Position numbers and translations under genes: made by a program
In this document: in pieces, positions 18,600-26,288 of the stretch
How the letters are laid out: each line of letters opens with the position of its first letter
Numbering within the stretch: the first letter of the stretch is position 1
Notes under the pieces: model-generated
The model's database searches: none
The model's input: only the letters and a program-made list of their open reading frames with translations
Told to the model about the DNA's origin: nothing
NCBI GenBank assembly: GCA_049520075.1
Contig: JBEKQD010000002.1
Coordinates: 34,426-98,425 of the forward strand
Source of the DNA: Terracidiphilus sp.
GTDB taxonomy: Bacteria > Acidobacteriota > Terriglobia > Terriglobales > Acidobacteriaceae
DNA length: 64,000 bases
Reading direction: 5' to 3'

Positions 18600-19946
18600 T
18601 TACGGTTTTCCCACGAACTCGAGAATGTTCTTCTCCGTGTCGCCCATCGAGCGCGCCAGCGCAAACTTTGCGTCCACATGGCTTGAAACGGCAAGAATGT
18701 AATTCTCCTCAGCGCGCGCCAACTCGTCCTGCGCGGTGATCACTTCGACATTATTGGCTGTTCCCTGCTGAAAGCGATCTTGTGCCATATCCAACTCGCG
18801 CTGCGCCAACTCTTGTCCGTCTTTAGCCACGGCCACCTGCTCATTTGCGGAGTCCAAATTCAGCAGGGATGAGCGGAGATCTTCTTCAATACCGTGGTGC
18901 AGATCTGCAATCTGATCGTCAATGCGCTTAACGCGGCTGGCCAACTCCTGCGCTTCACCATTCCGATCGTGATCGAAAAGTGTGAAATCGATCTGCCCTT
19001 GTACCAAGCCCGTCGTTTGAACGCTGCCAATGCTGCGCCCAATCTCGCCGATGTTTCCGTTGATGCTCAGCTTTGGATAAAAGCGCGCGCGACTGGCGCG
19101 CTGCTGTTCCACCAGTCCTTCGCGTTGTCTGGCAAGCGAGAGATAGTCAGCGCGGACGACAAGCGCAGCGGATTCAAGAGTTTCAATATCCGGTTGATTC
19201 AAGGGCCGATAGTTGAGCGGTTCGGCAAGCTCCAGCGGCGTCCCCGGATTCATGCCCAGATTTCGCGCGAGTTCCAACAGAGCTTGCTTAGTCTGGTTCT
19301 GGGCAATCAACAGTGCCTGGCGATCGTTCGCCAGTTGCACTTGCGCGCGCAGCACGTCCACCCCTGTCGCGGTTCCAGCGTCGTGTTTGTCTTTGGCCAG
19401 CTTGTACAGCGCGTTCGAATCGGTCACGCGAGATTGAGCAGCATCAGCGCGCGCCGCAGCCGATTGCGCATTCAGGTAAAGCGCGGCGATGGATCGCACA
19501 ATCAGGTCCCGCGCATCGCGTTCATCCAATTTGCCAGCATCAAGCGCGCGTTCGCTGGCTTTGAGCTCCCGATAGCTCCCAAGATCCACCACGTTCTGCT
19601 GCGCATAAACGCGGAAATCGTAATTGGAAAGCGGTCCAACGGTGCTGGGAATCGGAATGCCAGTAAAGGAGAGCCCCTCGGCCCTAAGGTCATGGTTCTG
19701 CACGTTGGCATAGGTTTGGGCGCTCACTCGCGGAAGCAGCGCGGCCGACAGGCGGCGCATCCGCGTGCCCTCTGCCTCTTCAACTCGCGTCCCCGCAACC
19801 AGTACGCTCAGGTTAGCCTGGAGCGCCTTCTGGATTGCGTCCTGCAAAGTAAGTCGATACGGAGCAGGCTGCTGCGCCACAGCAGTCAAGCCCGCAGCTA
19901 AACCAACCATCCACATAAAAGCGGCAATGCGAAAGTTTTGCTTCAT
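18600..19946 (-). CDS. TolC-family outer membrane efflux protein
   Basis: Start set at ATG 19946 (MKQNFRIAAFMWMVGLAAGLTAVAQQ signal peptide), forming an ATGA overlap with the TetR stop. Two OEP-type repeats with alternating helical and beta segments. Confidence 0.85.
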   Translation of the reverse strand: MKQNFRIAAFMWMVGLAAGLTAVAQQPAPYRLTLQDAIQKALQANLSVLVAGTRVEEAEGTRMRRLSAALLPRVSAQTYANVQNHDLRAEGLSFTGIPIPSTVGPLSNYDFRVYAQQNVVDLGSYRELKASERALDAGKLDERDARDLIVRSIAALYLNAQSAAARADAAQSRVTDSNALYKLAKDKHDAGTATGVDVLRAQVQLANDRQALLIAQNQTKQALLELARNLGMNPGTPLELAEPLNYRPLNQPDIETLESAALVVRADYLSLARQREGLVEQQRASRARFYPKLSINGNIGEIGRSIGSVQTTGLVQGQIDFTLFDHDRNGEAQELASRVKRIDDQIADLHHGIEEDLRSSLLNLDSANEQVAVAKDGQELAQRELDMAQDRFQQGTANNVEVITAQDELARAEENYILAVSSHVDAKFALARSMGDTEKNILEFVGKP

Positions 19947-20626
19947 AGCTTCTGCTCTTGACCGGAGACGGCTATCCCTCTCCAGAAGTGTTGAAAACTG
20001 TCTTCCATCCATACATCGAGCGCAGGTTTCTCATGCAGCGACCAAAGCAGTACGGTTCCCATAAACGTTTGCAGCACCTGGGTAGCCACCTTTTCCTTCT
20101 TCAACCGAGGATCAATCTCTCCGTCCTTCTGCCCAGCAGCCACAACTTCCGCGATCATCCTGCGTCCTTCTTGCATGTTCCCTTTGATAACCTTGCGAAC
20201 CGCTTGGCTGGCCAAAAAGGACGAGATCAGTGCGCGGGCAAGGTCGGGACTGCGACCCGGCTCTTCAGCGGCGCGATGGAACAAGTGATGCAGCACAGCG
20301 TGTGTCGTCTGTCCATGATGCTCTGCCAGTTCCAGCGCTTCTCGCACCTTGCCAAGCTGGATCTCGGCCATGACGCCCAGCACGTGATCTTTGCTTTTGA
20401 AATAGTTGAAGAAAGTTCCCTTGCCAACATCCGCGGCTTCCGTAATATCCTCCACGGTTACGTTCGCGAGGCCTCGCGCGGCAAAGAGCTGTAGTGCACA
20501 CCGGAACAACCGCAGCCTCGTCTCCGCGGCACGTCGCTCGCGCCGTCCCATGCCTTGCAGGTGGGGCAGATTCTCGCTGCCGTGCGGTGCCTGCGTTGCA
20601 ATCGTATTTGTCTGACGGCTGTTCAT
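19943..20626 (-). CDS. TetR/AcrR-family transcriptional regulator
   Basis: HTH region TRLRLFRCALQLFAARGLANVTVEDITEAADVGKGTFFNYFKSKDHVL. First gene of the efflux operon, as with cecR(ybiH)-ybhGFSR in E. coli. Confidence 0.85.
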   Translation of the reverse strand: MNSRQTNTIATQAPHGSENLPHLQGMGRRERRAAETRLRLFRCALQLFAARGLANVTVEDITEAADVGKGTFFNYFKSKDHVLGVMAEIQLGKVREALELAEHHGQTTHAVLHHLFHRAAEEPGRSPDLARALISSFLASQAVRKVIKGNMQEGRRMIAEVVAAGQKDGEIDPRLKKEKVATQVLQTFMGTVLLWSLHEKPALDVWMEDSFQHFWRGIAVSGQEQKL

Positions 20627-20851
20627 CTCCCACCTGACACCATCGCTAAACGCCGGATCTGTCTAAATCTGAACGGCAGGCATTTATGACTACTGGTCAT
20701 TTATAGCGCTGGCACAGCTTTCTGTCAAGACAAATGAATTCTCTCAAGGCGCTTCCCTACTCGACTTCGTTCTGATTGGAACTTGACCGGTCTTGACAAC
20801 TTGCTCTCGTCTCGCCAGTTGAGAGCTGGCCCTCGATCACATTCATTAACA

Positions 20852-20879
20852 TTGGCCCCTACCAACTCTGTGATATAGT
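20852..20879 (+). promoter_or_regulatory. candidate sigma-70 extended -10 promoter
   Basis: TTGGCC (20852-20857), 16-nt spacer, TG-a-TATAGT (20871-20879). Would give a ~300-nt leader before the PHP gene ATG at 21191. Confidence 0.35.
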
Positions 20880-21190
20880 CTCTAAGCGATAGAGTCGACA
20901 CGGGTTGAAACGCTTTTCTGACCAAGGCGCAACCCGTCGAATCAGAGAGACAGTGCCGGAGACACAGAACTGGTTATCGGCTGGAAGCGGAATGCCCTGT
21001 GCTCTGCTTATCCCGCCAGAAAGCAGAAAGCCAAAAGCGCGACAGTCCGGGTGGAATAGGGGAAAAACAGGTAAGCGTTGCGGGGCTGGGTCTGTGCCGC
21101 CCGAGTTTCTAAATCCAGGCTACGGGGATGCGGTAGTTGACTTTGAAGTTACAATAATGCCACTGGGCGCAAGGAGGGTTCCCGTCTTAT

Positions 21191-21949
21191 ATGCTCTCTG
21201 GAATTACGCACGCACATAGCACCTACAGTTTCGATGGCAGCCTGGCATTACCCGATCTACAGCGTTTTCTGACAGATTCGGGGATCGATTTCTGTCTCAT
21301 GTCTGAGCATGTGGAGAGTCTTGACTATCAGACTATCCAGCGAATGCTTACTGACTATGCCGCGCTGCCTACAACAGGTTGTCTTATGATTCCGGGGATC
21401 GAGATAGACGATCTTCACATCCTGATTTATGGCGTAACGGCGATTCGCCCCTATGTGGGCGTCGAGGATCTTGCTGCACAGATGTTTCATAATGGGGCGC
21501 TGATTTTTGTCTCTCATCCTGTCAAGGTCAAACGGACGGTGCCAGCAGTGATTCTGCCCTGGCTCACAGGCGTTGAAATCTGGAACACACGCTACGATGG
21601 CCGGGGCGCCCCGCGGCCCTGGAATCTGAAACTCTGGGCGGAACTACAGCGGGAACGCGGTCCTTTACAGCCATTGGTAGGAGTTGATTTCCACAAAACG
21701 TCTGACCTGTCTCCTGTCCGAGTAGAGTTGGATTGCGACAAAGACCCCGGAGCAATTCTAAAATCTATTGCCGCAGGCACCCACAGCCTAAGCTCTAATG
21801 GTAAGAAGTTTGACCCGCAGCGTCTCGTCGGCGCCCCATCCTTCGCGACATTTATCTTCGACTTTGCCGTTGCTATCAATCGAAAACTCAACAAACTCCC
21901 ATTTCGAATTCCACGATCTTTGAAGCGAGTGGTGAAGAAATGCCTTTGA
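21191..21949 (+). CDS. PHP-domain metal-dependent phosphoesterase
   Basis: GITHAHSTYSFDG (HxH...D), LMSEHVE, FVSHP and GVDFH fit the PHP motif series. AGGAGG 13 nt upstream of the ATG. Confidence 0.7.
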   Translation: MLSGITHAHSTYSFDGSLALPDLQRFLTDSGIDFCLMSEHVESLDYQTIQRMLTDYAALPTTGCLMIPGIEIDDLHILIYGVTAIRPYVGVEDLAAQMFHNGALIFVSHPVKVKRTVPAVILPWLTGVEIWNTRYDGRGAPRPWNLKLWAELQRERGPLQPLVGVDFHKTSDLSPVRVELDCDKDPGAILKSIAAGTHSLSSNGKKFDPQRLVGAPSFATFIFDFAVAINRKLNKLPFRIPRSLKRVVKKCL

Positions 21950-23091
21950 ATCAAACTCACGTCATCGTTGTGCCTGCAAACAATCACATAGCACTCAATG
22001 TAATTCGATCCCTTGGGCGAAGCGGCTGCTATGTCACCGCTATTTCGACGGGGAGCTACATTGCGCACACATCGCGCTACTGCTCAAAAGTCGTTTTCAC
22101 CCGCCCGGATAAGCTTGCTGAAGCGACCTACGACGCCGCCAAAAACGCTCCCGGTGCGTTTATCCTTTGCCTGGGAGAACTTGAAATTCTCTCCCTTAAC
22201 GAACGCAGAGAGCAGCTTGAATCTGTAGCCAGGTTGCTATTTCCCGACAGCAAGCGTTTTGCATTGGCTCTTTACAAGGAGCGCACGCTAGCCCTGGCCG
22301 AGCAGGTTGGCATTCCGGTTCCAGAGACAGTAGATTTGGCCGACGACCCACAATTATTGCGCTGCCGCGAGCTTCAGTTTCCGGTGGTGATTAAGCCAAA
22401 ATCCCAGGATATCTTTGACTTCAAGGTCCTGTACGCGGAGTCGATGGAAAGCCTGACGCTCCAACTCGACGCCCTTAAGAGCCAGCGAGATCTGCTTCTC
22501 ATTCAGGAAAAGATTTCAGGCGATGGCGTAGGAATCGAAATCCTCATGAAGGATGGAAAAACGGTCCTGGCCTTTCAACATCGCCGAATCAGGGAAGATC
22601 CTCCTTCAGGCGGCTACAGCGTTTGCTGTGAAAGCGAGCCCGTGGACCAAACCCTCCTTGAATACTCCGAGAAACTGTTGGCGGCAATGGACTGGGATGG
22701 AGTGGCGATGGTCGAATTCAAAGTCAATCCGGTCACGGGTCGCGTGGCGTTGATGGAGGTCAATGGACGCTTTTGGGGGTCTTTGCCCCTCGCCATTCAT
22801 GCCGGCGCAGATTTTCCCTCGGCACTTGTTGCATGCAACTTGCCGGAGCCAATGGCGAAGCTCCCTCCATATCGCGTTCACCTACGTTGCAGGCGACTGA
22901 TTGGTGAAACCAAGTGGCTCGTCCTCGTCGTTAAGCAAAGGACCGTTCCAATCTGGAAGGCAATTGCGGCTTATCTGTGGGATTTCAGGCCCGGCGTCAA
23001 GTACTTCATCTGGGCATGGGACGATCCACGACCTGCGCTCCACGCTCTGCTGAAGCGGGCCGGCTTGACGGCTTCGATCGTGCCCGAATGA
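21940..23091 (+). CDS. ATP-grasp domain protein (carboxylate-amine ligase type)
   Basis: FPVVIKPKS, LLIQEKISGDGVGIEIL and MVEFKVNPVTGRVALMEVNGRFWGS are classical ATP-grasp blocks. 10-nt overlap with the PHP gene. Confidence 0.8.
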   Translation: MPLNQTHVIVVPANNHIALNVIRSLGRSGCYVTAISTGSYIAHTSRYCSKVVFTRPDKLAEATYDAAKNAPGAFILCLGELEILSLNERREQLESVARLLFPDSKRFALALYKERTLALAEQVGIPVPETVDLADDPQLLRCRELQFPVVIKPKSQDIFDFKVLYAESMESLTLQLDALKSQRDLLLIQEKISGDGVGIEILMKDGKTVLAFQHRRIREDPPSGGYSVCCESEPVDQTLLEYSEKLLAAMDWDGVAMVEFKVNPVTGRVALMEVNGRFWGSLPLAIHAGADFPSALVACNLPEPMAKLPPYRVHLRCRRLIGETKWLVLVVKQRTVPIWKAIAAYLWDFRPGVKYFIWAWDDPRPALHALLKRAGLTASIVPE

Positions 23092-24049
23092 TCTCAATCC
23101 CCTGCTCGAAGTTACGCCACGCATAGTGGGCCAGATGACCTTTGATTGGCTGCGCGTCCGGAAGCGAGATCGGTCCCAGATCCGCAAATCCGCAAGTTAA
23201 AACTGCTCCCGACGAGGAAAGAGCGGCCAAGTGTTCACATAGCTTCTCAAAGCGCCTGACTACTCGTCGTCTGGGTCCAACGGTCCGGCCGGTCCAGCGG
23301 TTGTTGACCAATTCAAACGAATGGAAAACCATCACATAAGTCTCCCATGCGCCCCGAAGTGCGTTCGTCAGCGTCGTGGTGATCTCGCCCAGTGAGCAAG
23401 CCCCAAGTTCACAATGCCGATAATGTCCAGGTCGATCCTGAAAGCAACTGATGGGTACTTCAGTCAGGCCTTCCACGCTCCTCGGTTGCCATGGGATCTC
23501 TTCGAGACGAAGTCCGCAAGTCGAACCAAGATAAAGGTAATTGAAGCTGGAATCGTAGCGAAACCCAAGGCGCGCAAGTGCTCTTAAGGTGTCGAGATTG
23601 GCTGCGTAGTCCCCTGCCCTGTAAGCAATGGGCGCTGGCGCGCCAGCCTTCATCAGATTGTCTGCCGCGGTTTTGATTAATTCCGCTTGCTCATCTTCGC
23701 TGTACGATGTCAGCAGGTAACCCCGGTCAGGAACAGAAAGACCTTTTGCCGCTGGGATCCATTCCGGGTGGACATGAAGCTGAACCTCATGGCCGTGCGA
23801 CTGGATCAACTCAACCATTCTCGTCAGCGGTCCAATTCCAACTTCAGGACAACTGGCGTGCAATCCCTCCACAAAAAAAACTGCCTTGACGCCATGCCTG
23901 GCAAAAACCTCGAGCTGATACGCCAGGCCAAATTCGCCTTGAACGGTCTTCCCGTAGATATCTCTGTCGATATCGCGGGCCAGGGCGTCAGATCGCCAGT
24001 CCGAATGGATCGGATAGACTTCGGTGTCGATAGTGAACAAGAAGTTCAT
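23006..24049 (-). CDS. polysaccharide deacetylase-like (CE4-like) protein
   Basis: MNFLFTIDTEVYP...KAVFFVEG...HGHEVQLHVHPEW resembles the divergent NodB/CE4-type fold (D-x-E, H-x-x-x-H). Assignment by motif resemblance only. Confidence 0.55.
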   Translation of the reverse strand: MNFLFTIDTEVYPIHSDWRSDALARDIDRDIYGKTVQGEFGLAYQLEVFARHGVKAVFFVEGLHASCPEVGIGPLTRMVELIQSHGHEVQLHVHPEWIPAAKGLSVPDRGYLLTSYSEDEQAELIKTAADNLMKAGAPAPIAYRAGDYAANLDTLRALARLGFRYDSSFNYLYLGSTCGLRLEEIPWQPRSVEGLTEVPISCFQDRPGHYRHCELGACSLGEITTTLTNALRGAWETYVMVFHSFELVNNRWTGRTVGPRRRVVRRFEKLCEHLAALSSSGAVLTCGFADLGPISLPDAQPIKGHLAHYAWRNFEQGIEIIRARSKPSSRPASAERGAQVVDRPMPR

Positions 24050-24208
24050 ATACCCTCCAGCCGGTCTCCAAATAGTAATACAATTTGAAAAATTGACTTA
24101 TCCTGCGGATTCAGGCAGGTACAATCATAGGCGAGGCGAAAGACCTCAACCAGCCGCTCCGCAAAGAATCGGCACGCGCTACTGCGAGATTTCCCCGAGG
24201 TATTTCAG

Positions 24209-25003
24209 ATGCCCCAATTTACTGACTTGCAACAATTCGCAAAAAGCGCTCTGAGAAGCCCAGCAGCGCCGTTGAACCAATTTCTTGAATTACTCAATCT
24301 GCGCCTTATAAGAGGAACAAGAAGCCAGTGGTTCAACGCAAGCTCGCCCGAAATCATTCACAGCAAGGTGGTCCCCGGCGCCACCTATTCGCCATGGCGC
24401 AATGATCAGCAGTTCATCAGCTGCTACAACCTTGTTAAGAACAATACCATGGTTGATATCTATAGATGCTTTGAGCTTTGGCAACTCGCAAGGCAAATCG
24501 GCAATGTGCCGGGAGATATTTTGGAGGTTGGGGTTTGGAGAGGCGGCACGGGATGCCTCTTGGCGAAGGCCGCTGAGGGTCAAAATAAAACAGTCTATTT
24601 GGCTGATACTTTCACGGGGGTTGTGAAGGCTGGCGCTAGAGATACAAGCTATTCTGGCGGAGAGTTCAAGAATACTTCCCTGTCGATTGCACGTGATCTG
24701 ATTGAAAGCATGGAGCTTGCCAACGTAACGCTTCTTCCTGGGATCTTTCCGGACGATACGGCAGGTTCCGTCACTGGGAGCATTGCCCTGCTGCATTGCG
24801 ATGTAGATGTTTACCAATCTGCAAAAGACATTGTCGACTGGGCAAAGAGCCGAATCCATAGAGGCGGCATGATTGTTTTTGACGATTACGGGTTCTACAA
24901 TACCGAAGGTGTAACCAGATTGGTAAATGAGTTAAGAGAATGTGACGATTGGCTGTCGTTCCACAATTTGAACGGTCACGCCATATTGGTGAAAAGGGTC
25001 TGA
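24209..25003 (+). CDS. TylF/MycF-like class I SAM-dependent O-methyltransferase
   Basis: PGDILEVGVWRGGTGCLLA, VYLADTF, LLHCDVDVYQSAKD and GGMIVFDDYG correspond to the macrocin-O-methyltransferase (TylF) family blocks, including metal-binding D residues. Confidence 0.75.
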   Translation: MPQFTDLQQFAKSALRSPAAPLNQFLELLNLRLIRGTRSQWFNASSPEIIHSKVVPGATYSPWRNDQQFISCYNLVKNNTMVDIYRCFELWQLARQIGNVPGDILEVGVWRGGTGCLLAKAAEGQNKTVYLADTFTGVVKAGARDTSYSGGEFKNTSLSIARDLIESMELANVTLLPGIFPDDTAGSVTGSIALLHCDVDVYQSAKDIVDWAKSRIHRGGMIVFDDYGFYNTEGVTRLVNELRECDDWLSFHNLNGHAILVKRV

Positions 25004-25220
25004 TGCGTTTTCAATGGATGTATGTCCAAAGTCTGTCGCGGCCCTTTTAGTATTCTGAATTTGCGAAGAAGTATTATTTGGTCCATATTTTTATAAGTGC
25101 GATAGACGGCGTTACCGGGTAAGTTCCGGCTTCGATCTTGCGCTGCGATTCCGATTAGTGCCCTATATCTGATCGTCATGTTCGGACAAAACAGGTATTC
25201 CGACTAAGGGGGTCTCGCAA

Positions 25221-26285
25221 ATGTCAGTAATGTCTTACTCTACCATTTCGAGAACTCAGGCGATTCCGCTTGTGGAAGATGTCGCATGCAATCTCTGCGG
25301 GTCGTCGCGCAGGGTCGACCGTTTCTCCTTCGACCTGTCAATTGGCACGGTGAAGCTCGTCCGGTGCACAGACTGCGGGCTGCATTTTCTCAGTCCCCGG
25401 CCAGTTCTGGCTGAACTGGGCAGGTTCTACCCAGCCGACTATTACTCGTTTAAGGACCCGTCACCGCCTGACCCCGCTCCAAATGCTTCCTTCAAACAGC
25501 GGCTCAGAGAGACTGTGCTGGCAGATCAACTGAGCTATGCCACGCAAAATGGAATGTCTCGCGTCAAGATTCCCTCATTAGCGACACGCCCACTGAAGAC
25601 GCTGGTCGGACTGCCAGCCGCAAAACCCGGTGGTGCACTCCTCGACATCGGCTGTGGCTCAGGAACCAAGCTGCTCGAACTGAGACGCCTAGGCTGGACT
25701 GTGACAGGACTGGAGATCTCAGAATCAGCGGCTTCCGCTGGCCGAAGCCATGGGTTGGAGATCGTTTGCGGATCGGTCGATGACCTCTTGGCGCAAGGCC
25801 GTGCATTCGATGCCATCACGATGTATCACGCCCTTGAGCACATGCCGGATCCGCGCAGGACGTTGGAATCGGTAGCGAAACTGCTCACACCGGGAGGCGA
25901 GTTACTAATCGTTGTGCCCAATTTCAATAGCCTCGAACGAAGAATTTATGGGTCGAGATGGCCGTGGCTTGATGTTCCCGTTCATCTTTATCATTTTGAA
26001 CCCGCTCCTCTAGCCAGACTTGTCCAGAGTGCCGGGCTGAAAATCGATCACATTGCCGCAAACTTGGCGGGACACTCAGAAGGTTACCTGCCCGCTTGGG
26101 CGCCCTCGGTTTGCGGCAAGCTGGTTCATGCCGGGTTCCTGGCCCTGAACGCGGCGCTTGCGGGCACGGGTCTTTCCAAGGCAATAATGCTTTCAGCCAG
26201 ACGACCTCCAAACCCGTCGACGCAGACTTCCGATCCGGGATGCTCCTGTAACTGCGCGAATGTCCGAGCCCGCCGCAACAGTTAG
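25221..26285 (+). CDS. class I SAM-dependent methyltransferase with N-terminal zinc ribbon
   Basis: CNLCGS...CTDCGLHFLSPRP zinc-ribbon, then SAM motif I LLDIGCGSGTKLLEL and post-I TGLEIS. Confidence 0.8.
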   Translation: MSVMSYSTISRTQAIPLVEDVACNLCGSSRRVDRFSFDLSIGTVKLVRCTDCGLHFLSPRPVLAELGRFYPADYYSFKDPSPPDPAPNASFKQRLRETVLADQLSYATQNGMSRVKIPSLATRPLKTLVGLPAAKPGGALLDIGCGSGTKLLELRRLGWTVTGLEISESAASAGRSHGLEIVCGSVDDLLAQGRAFDAITMYHALEHMPDPRRTLESVAKLLTPGGELLIVVPNFNSLERRIYGSRWPWLDVPVHLYHFEPAPLARLVQSAGLKIDHIAANLAGHSEGYLPAWAPSVCGKLVHAGFLALNAALAGTGLSKAIMLSARRPPNPSTQTSDPGCSCNCANVRARRNS

Positions 26286-26288
26286 GTC

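Noticed and set aside
18894-19901. 335-aa plus-strand ORF
   Set aside because: Antisense to the TolC-family gene, arginine-rich, no motifs. Shadow ORF.
20681-20706. Candidate TetR operator (CATTTAT direct repeat, ATGAC-N5-GTCAT)
   Set aside because: Only a 5-bp inverted repeat; too weak to call without comparative data.
20905-21219. 104-aa plus-strand ORF in the leader of the PHP gene
   Set aside because: It overlaps the PHP start out of frame, has no RBS, and has an R/G/P-rich composition. The region is instead flagged as a possible structured leader.
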